From positions 4,992,001-5,056,000 of the forward strand of contig CBDBDQ010000005.1 of the NCBI GenBank assembly GCA_965203905.1: DNA of 64,000 nucleotides. The letters run 5' to 3'. Below, in pieces: positions 9,106-18,383 of this stretch. The notes under the pieces were generated by a model. It had not been told where the DNA came from, did not search any database, and saw nothing but the letters and a program-made list of their open reading frames with translations. The DNA comes from Spirochaetia bacterium. GTDB taxonomy: Bacteria; Spirochaetota; Spirochaetia; SZUA-6; Bin103. Numbering within the stretch: the stretch's first letter is position 1; each line of letters opens with the position of its first letter. The position numbers and the translations under genes were made by a program.

Positions 9106-11094
9106 TCAGGTTATTGCATCAGGTAGAGCTGCTCGGGATGGGAACGCGGTCATCTGCTTGAGACCGTCGCCCCAGACCCCGACCTCCGGATGGTTCCCGA
9201 GCCGGTTGCTGACCAGGATCGGCTTCTTGCCGACCACGGTGCCGATGATCCAGAGATTCTCCGCCTGGGAGCGGAAGACTTCCCTGAGGATCTCCGTCCG
9301 CCGGTCCTCGTCGAAGGTCTGCTGCAACTCCCCGGCCAGCTCTTGCAGCCGCACGATCTCAGTGAAGGGATACTCGTCCGGCGAGAATTCCGGGGGCCAC
9401 TCGCCACCCGAGTTTGCCGGCGGCAGCAGCGGGGTGTCGAAGTAGCGCGCGCCGTCGGTGAAGGCATACCACGAGAGACCGTTGCCGCCGCTGGTCAGCC
9501 CGAAGGCGTCGGACTTGTCGACAAAGAGCGCGAACATGTGCGACTCGCCGCTCTGGTGCAGCGGATGGGTGATGCCCCAGTCCTGGACCTTGAAGTTCAC
9601 CTTGATGCCGATGGCCTTCCAGTCCTCGATCACCAGCTCCGTGACCTTGTTGGACAGGCCTACCGGCCCGCTGATCACGAGGTACTCGAACGGATTCCCG
9701 TCCGGTCGCAGCCGCCACTCGTTGTTGGCGTCCCACTTCATTCCCATCTCGTCCAGGAGACGATTGGCCTCCGCAACATCGTGCTCGGCGTAGGCGTCGC
9801 GGAACGACTCGTCGAACCAGGGAGCGCCGGGCAGGGCGGTCGGCTGGCCGACGACGCCGCGGCCGAAGAACAGGGTCTTGTTGATGGACTCGCGGTTGAT
9901 CGCCAGCGACAGCGCCATGCGGAACCGCTTGTCGTGGTTGATGCTCGCGATCACCGGATCCTTCGGGGTCAGGTTCGGGAAGTAGGCGGCGTCGGACGAG
10001 CCGTCCTGGTCCCACAGCAGGACCCGGTAGTTGCCCCCCTGCGCGCCCTCCTGGTACACGGAGTAGTTCGACAGGTCGGAGCCTTCGCCGTGCCAGTCCG
10101 CCTCGCCGGCCAGCATCTTGGCCGTGAGCAGCTCCGTGTTCTCCACGCTGTTGACCTGGATCTGGTCGATGTACGGAAGCTGGTTGCCGGCCGGGTCGAC
10201 CTTCCAGTAGAAGGGATTCCGCTCGTACAGCGTGGTGCCGGTTGCCACCTGCTTGGTGATGAAGGAGTCCAGCGAGGGCATGTCCGGGTTGATGTAGGGG
10301 TTACGGGAGCTGGCCCGTTGTCTCTGATCCCCGAGCAGCTGAGTCCAGTTGTCGAACCCGCCGTCCTTTACCATCTCGTCGAGCTTGCCCTTGTCCGCGT
10401 AGTCGGCGTGGAACTGCTTGAGGTAATGGGCCGGAGCGAACATGTTGCCGTCCAGCAGGGACATGTAGGAGAGCACGGGCTGGAACGGGACCGCAAAGTC
10501 CATCTGGATCGTGTGGTCGTCCACCTTGGTCCACTTCATGACCTCGCCGCCCGGCATCAGGCGGTTGTTGATCCGGGACGTGACTTCCTCGTTCAGCAGG
10601 AGATCATCGTACCAGAACATCATGTCGTCCGCGCTGAACGGGGCGCCGTCCGACCACTTCATGCCGTTGCGCAGCGTCACGGTAAGGGCCTTGCCGTCCG
10701 GCGCGAACACGTAGCCCTCGACCACGTTCGGTATCAGCGTCTTCAGGTCCTCGGCCACGGCGAAGAGGCCCTCGGTGCCCTTCAGGCTGTAGCCTTCGCC
10801 GATGCCCACCATGGCAAGGGCCATGGCGTAGGCCGTCCCGCCGTACTGCCCGATGCCATCCACCGGAACCACCACTACACCGTCAGTGGGCAGCCGGTCC
10901 TCCACCGCGGGCAAGTCCCCCGCGGCCACGCGCGCCGCCAGCATGGGCGACTCCTGGAAGCTCGAGATCATGTTCCCCGACATCCTCTCGTACTCGTCCA
11001 GGTTGTGCTGCTCGGCCAGTCCGGTGGGGGCGGCGAAGGCCGCCATGCCTCCCAGCAGGCCGAAACACGCACAGACAACCAGTATCCTTTTCAT
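9106..11094 (-). CDS. ABC solute-binding protein, family 5 (apparent +1 frameshift near the C-terminus)
   Basis: Signal peptide MKRILVVCACFG; ESPML..LPAVEDRLP, KWSDGAPFSADD, RNPFYWKVDPAGNQLPYID motifs. Confidence 0.9.
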   Translation of the reverse strand: MKRILVVCACFGLLGGMAAFAAPTGLAEQHNLDEYERMSGNMISSFQESPMLAARVAAGDLPAVEDRLPTDGVVVVPVDGIGQYGGTAYAMALAMVGIGEGYSLKGTEGLFAVAEDLKTLIPNVVEGYVFAPDGKALTVTLRNGMKWSDGAPFSADDMMFWYDDLLLNEEVTSRINNRLMPGGEVMKWTKVDDHTIQMDFAVPFQPVLSYMSLLDGNMFAPAHYLKQFHADYADKGKLDEMVKDGGFDNWTQLLGDQRQRASSRNPYINPDMPSLDSFITKQVATGTTLYERNPFYWKVDPAGNQLPYIDQIQVNSVENTELLTAKMLAGEADWHGEGSDLSNYSVYQEGAQGGNYRVLLWDQDGSSDAAYFPNLTPKDPVIASINHDKRFRMALSLAINRESINKTLFFGRGVVGQPTALPGAPWFDESFRDAYAEHDVAEANRLLDEMGMKWDANNEWRLRPDGNPFEYLVISGPVGLSNKVTELVIEDWKAIGIKVNFKVQDWGITHPLHQSGESHMFALFVDKSDAFGLTSGGNGLSWYAFTDGARYFDTPLLPPANSGGEWPPEFSPDEYPFTEIVRLQELAGELQQTFDEDRRTEILREVFRSQAENLWIIGTVVGKKPILVSNRLGNHPEVGVWGDGLKQMTAFPSRAALPDAIT

Positions 11095-11202
11095 TCGATC
11101 TTCTCCATTTTTATTCTTCTGACCCGACTGGGGCCAGAGCACGCTACCCAGATCGTAAGCTCTCTATCCCGCTCACCTCCTCGAACCTCTCGATAGAGAA
11201 CA

Positions 11203-11244
11203 GGTTAGACCATAACCATGTCACGCGCACTTGTGGGCTGTCAA
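11203..11244 (-). promoter_or_regulatory. Putative sigma70 promoter with GntR/FadR-like operator for the SBP operon
   Basis: TTGACA (minus strand, 11239-11244); inverted repeat GGTTA-gacca-TAACC at 11203-11217. Confidence 0.4.
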
Positions 11245-11269
11245 TTCACCAGGCGCCGGGGGCCGGGAT

Positions 11270-11561
11270 CTAGCGTCCGTGGTAGGGGTCGGCGGCGGCG
11301 CGCAGCCCGTCGCCCAGGAAGTTGAAGGCCAGCACCGCCAGGATCACGCACAGGCCGGGGATCATGAGCCAGGGGTGCAGGGCCACCGAGCGAATGTTCT
11401 GGGCCTGCTGCAGCAGCACTCCCCAGCTCACCGCGGGCGGCCGCAGGCCGATTCCGAGAAAGCTCAGGACGGTCTCGCCGAGGATGGTCGCGGGCACCGC
11501 CAGCGTGACGTTCACGATCAGGTAGCTCATGAAGGAGGGCAGCAGGCGGCGGCGAATGGTA
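11270..11561 (-). pseudogene. 3' remnant of an OppC-type permease
   Basis: LLPSFMSYLIVNVTL...FNFLGDGLRAAADPY only; the 5' part is replaced by the 3' flank of HNH copy 1. Confidence 0.85.
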
Positions 11562-11677
11562 TGCGCCGCACTCCTGCCGGCCGGGCTGACACGCACGCCT
11601 CGGGCGCAGGGATCGGTCTCCGCAGTGCGCGAGCGTGTAGTCCCTCTGCGATGTCCGCTCCGGAGACGCCACTGCGC

Positions 11678-13213
11678 TCACGTCACCGAATCCCGCGGTG
11701 CGGCATGCTGCCGGCGCTGGTGGCGGTAACGGTGGTGAGCTGCGCAGCGCAAGACCAGGTTCCCGGGCTCCGCACCACCGCCCACCGCGACCGGAACGAT
11801 GTGGTCCATCTCGAGAAAGAAGCGCGAGCCGCAGCGCCGCCCGCTGTCCCGGTCGACGAAGGTGCAGCAGCTCTGGTCGCGCCGCCAAACCTCTCGTTTC
11901 ACCGCCGCCGGAATCGATCTGCCCGACGAGCCGCGGGACTTCTTCACCGAAGGAAGCTCCCCTGCGCCGCCGGCCCTCGGCTCCGGTATCGAGCTGCCGG
12001 TTGCCACATGGGACTTCGCCGCCGAAGTCGGCTCCGCCGATTCTGCACCGTCGGTGGTCCGCTCCGGAATCGAATCGCTAGCTGCCACCCGCGGCTTCGC
12101 CGCCGAAGTCGGCTCGTTCGCCTCCGCGCCGCCGGCGGTGCGGCCGTGATGTGCCGGCGGCGCAACCCACTTCGGCGCCGAAGCACGGCTACCCGGCGGC
12201 GGCCCGAGGCGTCTCTTGGGCGAAGCTTCCCCCGAGCCTCCGCCTGCTGGCGTGGCCGGCGAAGTGCCGGCTGCCGTCGGCTTCGCGGACCGCTTCGTGG
12301 CGGACGGAGACGTCGTCGGCGCCGCGGACTCCTCGGCCCGGCGCGGGTTCTCCACCGCAGCCGCAACGCGATCCGCCGTCTCCCGCCCCGCTGTCCCGGA
12401 CGGACGCTCGCCACCCGCCGAGTCGGACTCCCGCTTCCGGCGCCGCGGCCGGCTCGGGTCGTAGCGCTCCAGTCCCTCCCGCACCAGCCGCCCGACGAGT
12501 TGCCCGACCGTCAGGTGCGGATCCACGTGCGACAGCAGCTCCCGCAACTGCTGCAGTCCCTGCTGGCACTCGGCGTCGATCACCGCCTTCAGCTCCCAGC
12601 GCCCGTCCCCCAGCGCGCGCAGCCGGTCGCCGGGCACCGCCGCCTCGGGATCCACCTCGGCCAGCATCTGCTGCACCTGCCGCGTGCTCTTGCCCACCGC
12701 CTGCTCCACCAGTTGCTGCCGGGCGTGCGCATCCAGCACCGGCGATGGCGCACCCTGCGCCTCGCCCGGCGTCGCGGATGGAGCCGAGCCGGCACGCGGC
12801 GCGGCGCTGGTGCCGGCTCCCGGCGACCCGGTGGCGGTCCGTCCGCCTGCGCTGCGGTCCCAGCGCTCGAAGGAGTTCTGCAACAGGGCCGCGTTGCTCA
12901 GGTTCAGCGAGCCGTCCTGCAGCCACTCGCGGACGCCGCGGGTCTCGCGGCACAGGCGCATGGCCTTGATACGCCGCCAAGCGGCTGCCTCGGTATAGTG
13001 CAACTCGCGCACGGTGTAGTCGAACAAGCTGGAGTAGCCGAGGCGCAGATACAGGCGCCGGGCCTCGATCTCGCGCAGGTGGTCGAGGACGCTGAGCTGC
13101 AACGCCTGCTCGTGGCGGGCGAGCATTCTGGTCCGCTCCAGCAGGACTTGGTCGGGTAGCACGGCAACGGTGGAGAGGAGCTCTTCGGAGGCTGCTTCGG
13201 TCACGTTCGTCAT
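11678..13213 (-). CDS. DUF222-like/HNH endonuclease, copy 1
   Basis: N-terminal LDHLREIEARRLYLRLGYSSLFDY; C-terminal VWRRDQSCC..RRCGSRFFLEMDHIVPVAVGG....NLVLRCAAHH. Confidence 0.85.
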   Translation of the reverse strand: MTNVTEAASEELLSTVAVLPDQVLLERTRMLARHEQALQLSVLDHLREIEARRLYLRLGYSSLFDYTVRELHYTEAAAWRRIKAMRLCRETRGVREWLQDGSLNLSNAALLQNSFERWDRSAGGRTATGSPGAGTSAAPRAGSAPSATPGEAQGAPSPVLDAHARQQLVEQAVGKSTRQVQQMLAEVDPEAAVPGDRLRALGDGRWELKAVIDAECQQGLQQLRELLSHVDPHLTVGQLVGRLVREGLERYDPSRPRRRKRESDSAGGERPSGTAGRETADRVAAAVENPRRAEESAAPTTSPSATKRSAKPTAAGTSPATPAGGGSGEASPKRRLGPPPGSRASAPKWVAPPAHHGRTAGGAEANEPTSAAKPRVAASDSIPERTTDGAESAEPTSAAKSHVATGSSIPEPRAGGAGELPSVKKSRGSSGRSIPAAVKREVWRRDQSCCTFVDRDSGRRCGSRFFLEMDHIVPVAVGGGAEPGNLVLRCAAHHRYRHQRRQHAAPRDSVT

Positions 13214-13398
13214 GACGTAAATATACTACTGAATTGAAAATACCACGACCTTCCAGGTCTCGGACGGGCTTCGGAGATGGCTCAGGACGGGCGTAGCAGG
13301 GCGCTATCGAGCCAGCGGGCGCGAAGTGTTCTCTGGAGAGTCGGAAGCGCCACCACGGCCCGTAGAGGGCCGTCATGAGCGCGTCAGAGTGCGTCAAG
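13214..13398 (-). promoter_or_regulatory. Conserved 5' non-coding region of the HNH element (leaderless -10 plus distal motif)
   Basis: TATATT 6 nt before ATG; colinear with 58107-58293, ending in the shared cgtcaag motif. Confidence 0.6.
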
Positions 13399-13757
13399 CG
13401 TTTTCTTTGTTTTCTTGCGAATTTCTGGGATTCTTTCGGATCGTCAGCCTGCAGCACCGGCCGGGACATCTGCCGCACCGCCGCCTGCTGCGATGCCGTC
13501 AGAGCCGCCTGGACGTTCACGGCAAAGACCTCCCGCCACGTCCGAAACGAAAAGGGTGCGGCTCTTTTAGGACGACCTCTATCTTCAGTTTGATGCGTTA
13601 ATTGGGGGTTCTGTCGGACGCCCGGCGCTGGTTCAGCGGCATACGCTTGGGGAACGGGGCCATAGGCTGCCACGTATCGTGCTGGCGGGCATAGCAAGGG
13701 CTGGACAAAACCCACCACGACTCGGTACGGTGCCTCCGTTGTCAGCGGAGGGTGCCG

Positions 13758-14657
13758 ATGAATGCCAACAGCGAGGGCGTGCGCAGCGCCGGCAGAACGT
13801 TCAGTGAGGCTGAACTGCGGATCGTCTGCCAGATCGTTGCCGCCGGTGGCCGCCTCAGTCGTACGCAGTTGATGGTGCAGGTGTGTCGGCGGCTGCGCTG
13901 GCAGCGCCCGAACGGTGCGCTGAAGGTCCGCGAATGTCGTGATCTGTTTGCAATGCTGCAGCGCAGCGGTCGCCTGCGCCTGCCGCCGAAGCGCAGCACC
14001 GGGCGCCCGCTGGGCTCGCACACCGAGGTGCCGTGCACGCCGGCTGGCGAGCCGGGACGGCCAGTATGCGGCACCGTCGGGCAGTTCGGCAGCGTACACC
14101 TGGAGCCGGTCACGACCGCCGGCGAGCAGCGCTGGTGGCGGGAGCTGGTGGGCCGCTATCACTACCTGGGCTACCGGGTGCCGTTCGGTGCCCAACTGCG
14201 CTACCTGGCGTTCGTCAGCGAGCCCACCACGACGCTGGTGGCGGCGTTGCAACTGTCCTCGCCGGCGTGGCGGCTGGCGGCGCGCGAGCGCTGGATCGGC
14301 TGGGACGAACCGACTCGGACACGCAATCTGCAACGGGTGGTCAACAACAGTCGCTTCCTGGTGCTGCCGTGGGTCCGGGTGAAGAACTTGGCCAGCCGCC
14401 TGCTGGCGCTGCTGGCCGGGCGGCTGGCTGCCGATTGGCAGCAGCGGTTCGCGGTCGAGCCGCTGCTGCTGGAGACGCTGGTGGATAGCGGTCGCTTTGC
14501 CGGCACCTGCTACCGGGCTGCCAACTGGATCGAGTTGGGCGCCACGGCAGGTCGGGGACGCATGGACCGCGCCCATACCCGTCATGGGCAAGCGCCGAAG
14601 CGGGTTCTGGTGTATCCTCTGGTGGCCGACGCGCAACGCCGGCTGGCGCAGGGCTGA
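13758..14657 (+). CDS. DUF4338 (DruA-like domain) IS accessory protein
   Basis: RYHYLGY, VVNNSRFLVLPWVRVKNLASRLL, LLETLVD.RFAGTCYRAANW..LG.T.GRG motifs; GGAGG RBS. Confidence 0.85.
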   Translation: MNANSEGVRSAGRTFSEAELRIVCQIVAAGGRLSRTQLMVQVCRRLRWQRPNGALKVRECRDLFAMLQRSGRLRLPPKRSTGRPLGSHTEVPCTPAGEPGRPVCGTVGQFGSVHLEPVTTAGEQRWWRELVGRYHYLGYRVPFGAQLRYLAFVSEPTTTLVAALQLSSPAWRLAARERWIGWDEPTRTRNLQRVVNNSRFLVLPWVRVKNLASRLLALLAGRLAADWQQRFAVEPLLLETLVDSGRFAGTCYRAANWIELGATAGRGRMDRAHTRHGQAPKRVLVYPLVADAQRRLAQG

Positions 14658-16271
14658 GTGATGGGCGCTCCTCAGGCGTGGGCGAGTGAGCCGGCCGCCG
14701 ACCCCTTCGCTGCCACGCGGGCGCGGTTCGAGCACCTGCTGCGAATAGCCAACGACGTAGAGACGCGACAGATGAAGCACAGTGACCTGGAGCGACTGCT
14801 GACCAGCGAAGGTCAGGAACTGTTACGGCAACTCTACCAGAACTGTCTTGACCAGCAGGCCGAGGCGCAGGTCAGCGCAGAGGTGGTGGATGCGCAAGGC
14901 CAGCCGCGCACGCGCCAGCGGACCCAGCAGCGCCAGTTGGAGACGATCTTCGGCACCGTCCAGGTAGCGCGCACCGGCTACGGGGCGGAGGGGCAAGCGA
15001 GCCTGCATCCGCTGGATGCGCAGTTGAACCTTCCCGCCGAGCGCTACTCGCTGGAGGTGCGGCGGCGAGTAGCGCTGGAAGCAGCGAAGAACTCGTTTGA
15101 CGAGACGGTGGAGACGCTCAATCGCTGCACCGGTGCCAAGATCGGCAAGCGGCAGGTGGAAGAACTGGTCAGTCGGGCGGCGCAGGACTTCGACGCCTTC
15201 TACCAGCAGCGGCGCCAGCAAGCGTCTGCGGAGCAGACGGTCGCCGACCACGGAGCGGTCGAGCCGCAGGCGACTGAGGATGCCCTGCTGGTGATCACCA
15301 GCGACGCCAAGGGCGTGGTCATGCACCAGCAGGACCTGCGACCTGCCACGCGCGCGGCCAGCGAGCGCACGGCGCGTGGCAAGCTGGCCACGCGCCTGAG
15401 CAAGGGCGAGAAACGCAACCGCAAGCGCATGGCCACGGTGGCGGTCGTCTACTCGGTGGCCGCCCACGTGCGCACGCCGCAGCAGATGCTGGCGCTGCTG
15501 GCGCGCGCTGAGGACGCCGAGCAGCAACGCTCGCCGCCGCGACCGCGACCGCAGCACAAGCGCGTGTGGGCGAGTCTGAAGCAGGAACCTCGGCAGATGT
15601 TGCAGGAGGCGTTCCGAGAAGCGCGCGAGCGCGATCCGCAGCAGCAGCAGACCTGGGTCGCGGTGGTCGACGGCAACCGGACGCAGTTGGACCTCCTGGC
15701 AGAGCTGGCCGCGCACCACGGGGTGCAGGTGACCATCGTGCTGGACATCTTTCACGTGCTCGAATACCTGTGGAAAGCCGGCCACGCCCTGGAGGCCGAA
15801 GGCAGCCAACGGTTGGAGCAGTGGGTCTTGCAGCGCCTGGGACGTATCCTGGAAGGCCGCGCCCGCTCGGTGGCTGCCGGCATGCGCCGGAGCGCCACCA
15901 GGCGCCGCCTGACGAAGCGGCAGCGGCGACCGATCGACCAGTGCGCCAACTACCTGCTGAAGTACCAGGGCTACCTGGCCTACGACCGCTACCTGGCCGC
16001 TGGGCTGCCGATTGGCTCGGGCGTCGTCGAAGGCGCCTGCCGGCACTTGGTCAACGACCGCCTTGGCATTACCGGTGCGCGCTGGCGACTACGCTCGGCC
16101 GAAGCGGTACTGCGCCTCAGGGCGCTGCGCAGCAGCGGCGATTTCGACGCCTACTGGACGTTCCACGAGCAGCAGGAGTGGGAGCGTACCCACCGCCAAC
16201 GTTACGCTGAAGGCAACGTGCCGTCGCTGGAACACCCGAACCCCGTGCCGCACCTGAGACTCGTCCGGTAG
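14658..16271 (+). CDS. ISKra4-family DDE transposase
   Basis: SDAKGVVM, VVDGN, LDIFHVLEYLWKA, PIGSGVVEGACRHLV..RL...GARW motifs. Confidence 0.9.
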   Translation: MMGAPQAWASEPAADPFAATRARFEHLLRIANDVETRQMKHSDLERLLTSEGQELLRQLYQNCLDQQAEAQVSAEVVDAQGQPRTRQRTQQRQLETIFGTVQVARTGYGAEGQASLHPLDAQLNLPAERYSLEVRRRVALEAAKNSFDETVETLNRCTGAKIGKRQVEELVSRAAQDFDAFYQQRRQQASAEQTVADHGAVEPQATEDALLVITSDAKGVVMHQQDLRPATRAASERTARGKLATRLSKGEKRNRKRMATVAVVYSVAAHVRTPQQMLALLARAEDAEQQRSPPRPRPQHKRVWASLKQEPRQMLQEAFREARERDPQQQQTWVAVVDGNRTQLDLLAELAAHHGVQVTIVLDIFHVLEYLWKAGHALEAEGSQRLEQWVLQRLGRILEGRARSVAAGMRRSATRRRLTKRQRRPIDQCANYLLKYQGYLAYDRYLAAGLPIGSGVVEGACRHLVNDRLGITGARWRLRSAEAVLRLRALRSSGDFDAYWTFHEQQEWERTHRQRYAEGNVPSLEHPNPVPHLRLVR

Positions 16272-16629
16272 CGCCCCAGCTTTCCACCGCTCACCCGCGC
16301 CCGCCAGCCGCCGCCTGCGTACCGGCTCATCTGCGTCCGTCACGCTCCTGACTTAACTTGCCGTCCGCAGCCCCCATCGCAACGCGGAATCCCCGCCGTA
16401 GCCATGAGTAATACATGCTCTCCCCACCACGCCTATGCCCTCCCCCGCGTCGTCGCAAAAGAGCCGCACCCAAACGAAAAGGCAGACACGTTGACCAGCA
16501 TGTCCAACCGCTGCCACCGAAAGCGCCTGTGGTGCGGGTGACGGCCGACCCTGGTCCCGTAGCGTGCTCCCGCAGCGGCTCGCCGCTCGGCCCCCGAAGC
16601 GCCCAGCGTCGCCCATCGCCCATCGCGGG

Positions 16630-17424
16630 TCAGCGCTCCGGCAGCAGCGCCGTCAGGCCGCCGTCGATCACGAAGCTGGCGCCGGTGATGTTGCCGGCGC
16701 GGGCGGAGCACAGGAACAGCGTCAGTTCGGCCACCTCCTTCGGCCGCGAGAAGCGGCCAGTCGGATACTGCGACTCCCAGTCGCTGCGGGTCACCTCGTA
16801 CGAACGGTCCGTGTCTGCGGCCATGAGGTGGATCGCCTGCTCCACCAGGGGCGTCTCCACGGAGCCTGGACAGATCGCGTTCGCCCGAATGCCGTGCCGT
16901 GCCAGGTCGATCGCCTCGCTCCGGGTGAGCGCAAGCATACCCGCCTTGGTCACCGAATAGGCCATGGCGCGCGCCTGGTTGGCCAGACCGGAGACCGACG
17001 CAATGTTGACGATGGAGCCGCCGCCGGCGTCGACCATGAAGGGAACGGAATGGCGTGCCAGCAGATAGGCCGACGTGAGGTTGACGCTGAGCGTGCGCTC
17101 CCACACCTCCGGCGCCAGGTCCACGACGTCGCCCATGTTGTCGACGACCCCCACGGTGTTGACGAGCTGATTGACCCCGTCGAGAGCGCCTGCGGCCGAC
17201 CGGCAGAACGCCTGCACCGCCGCGTCCTCGGTCACGTCGACCGCTTCGTGGTACACGGTCGCGCCCTGCCCCGTGAGGACCGAGGCAAGGTGTGCCAGCT
17301 CCGCGGCGCGGATGTCGGCCAGCGCGACCGCGGCTCCGGCGCCGGCGAAGGCGCGCGCGATCGCCTCACCGATACCGCCGCAGGCGCCCGTAACGATGAC
17401 CTTCGATGCGTTGTGATCTTCCAC
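16630..17424 (-). CDS. Short-chain dehydrogenase/reductase
   Basis: TGACGGIG, YSVTKAG (YxxxK), NAICPG; GTG start with AGGAG RBS. Confidence 0.9.
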   Translation of the reverse strand: MEDHNASKVIVTGACGGIGEAIARAFAGAGAAVALADIRAAELAHLASVLTGQGATVYHEAVDVTEDAAVQAFCRSAAGALDGVNQLVNTVGVVDNMGDVVDLAPEVWERTLSVNLTSAYLLARHSVPFMVDAGGGSIVNIASVSGLANQARAMAYSVTKAGMLALTRSEAIDLARHGIRANAICPGSVETPLVEQAIHLMAADTDRSYEVTRSDWESQYPTGRFSRPKEVAELTLFLCSARAGNITGASFVIDGGLTALLPER

Positions 17425-17537
17425 GGCATGCTCCTGTCTTGGACCGGTATAGCCTATGACATCTTGGCCGGAGAAGGGGAGCTGCATTACCATGGAACGA
17501 TGGTCCGACGACCTCTGTCTCCGGGGCAGCCCGCGCC

Positions 17538-18383
17538 ATGATCGGCGGCTGGCTCCTGCTCGGGACCTGGCTCTCGCTCTGGTCGTTCCTCCACGCGGAG
17601 CCCTTCGGGACCTTGCCCCAGCCGGATCTCGCCGGGCCCGTGGAGTCCGTGACGATCTCCCGCGCGGCGGCAACCGAGGGCGCATCGCCGGTGACCCTTG
17701 CCAAGCTACGCTTCACTCCCGAGGGGAACCTCGCAGAACGCGAGACCTACGCGGATGGTGCGCTGGAGTACCGCTGTCGCTACCGCTACGACGAGCGCGG
17801 GCGGCTGCGGGAGCGTACCTGCCGCCACCCCGACGGATCGGTCCGCGAACGGCGGGTCACCAGCTACCTCGGCGACCGGGTCCGGCGCCACGAGTACTAC
17901 TACCAATGGAACATTCTCAGGTGGGAGGAGCAGTTCGACCACACGGGGGCAGGTGACGCGGCAGGCGACACGGCTGGCGAGGTGAGGGTAGTGACCATCG
18001 CCTACACCCTGGACGACTTCGTGGGAAACAAGGTGATCCAGCGCTACGTGTCGCGCTACGCGCGCTACGAGGAGCACCGGGAAGTGGTCGAAGTCGCGGA
18101 GTACACCGACGCCGGCCACGCTCGCCTGCGGTGGCGGAGCGCCGCTGGGCGAGAGGTGTTCGAGACCTACACCGGCAAGGGCGAACGGGTAGCAAGCATC
18201 GAGCGCATCCGGGACGGCTCCGTAGCGGTCCGGGAGCTCCGTTACGACGCCGCCGGCGAGCCCACCCTGGAACTCCGCTCAGCCTATGAGTACGACGCCC
18301 ACGGCAACTGGGTGAAGCAGGTCGTCCACGGCCCCGCGGGTCTCTTCGCCGTCTACACGCGGCAGATCGAGTACTACCAGTGA
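17538..18383 (+). CDS. Secreted hypothetical protein with YD-like repeats
   Basis: Signal peptide; YRYDERG, RYDAAG, YEYDAHGNWVKQ. Confidence 0.6.
   Translation: MIGGWLLLGTWLSLWSFLHAEPFGTLPQPDLAGPVESVTISRAAATEGASPVTLAKLRFTPEGNLAERETYADGALEYRCRYRYDERGRLRERTCRHPDGSVRERRVTSYLGDRVRRHEYYYQWNILRWEEQFDHTGAGDAAGDTAGEVRVVTIAYTLDDFVGNKVIQRYVSRYARYEEHREVVEVAEYTDAGHARLRWRSAAGREVFETYTGKGERVASIERIRDGSVAVRELRYDAAGEPTLELRSAYEYDAHGNWVKQVVHGPAGLFAVYTRQIEYYQ

Larger units (their letters stand above)
13554..16471 (+). mobile_element. Complete ISKra4-family insertion sequence (2918 bp)
   Basis: TIRs gggtgcggctcttttaggacgac (13554-13576) and gtcgtcgcaaaagagccgcaccc (16449-16471), 21/23 match; 9-bp TSD aaacgaaaa at 13545-13553 and 16472-16480. 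Confidence 0.93.

Noticed and set aside
11625-11645. ggactac motif in the 3' flank of copy 1 resembling the boundary of copies 2 and 3
   Set aside because: Opposite orientation and very short, so probably chance.
11939-12306. CRISPR array
   Set aside because: Repeats are only 14 bp, degenerate, irregularly spaced and inside an ORF, and no cas genes are present. Kept as a separate finding instead.
11678-13213. IscB/Cas9/TnpB identity for the HNH proteins
   Set aside because: No RuvC motifs, PLMP motif or bridge helix recognisable.
13758-14657. Druantia anti-phage system
   Set aside because: Only a DUF4338 gene, located inside IS TIRs; no DruE helicase or other Dru genes in the window.
17538-18383. 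Rhs/polymorphic toxin
   Set aside because: Too short, and lacks the DPxG core terminus, toxin domain and immunity gene.
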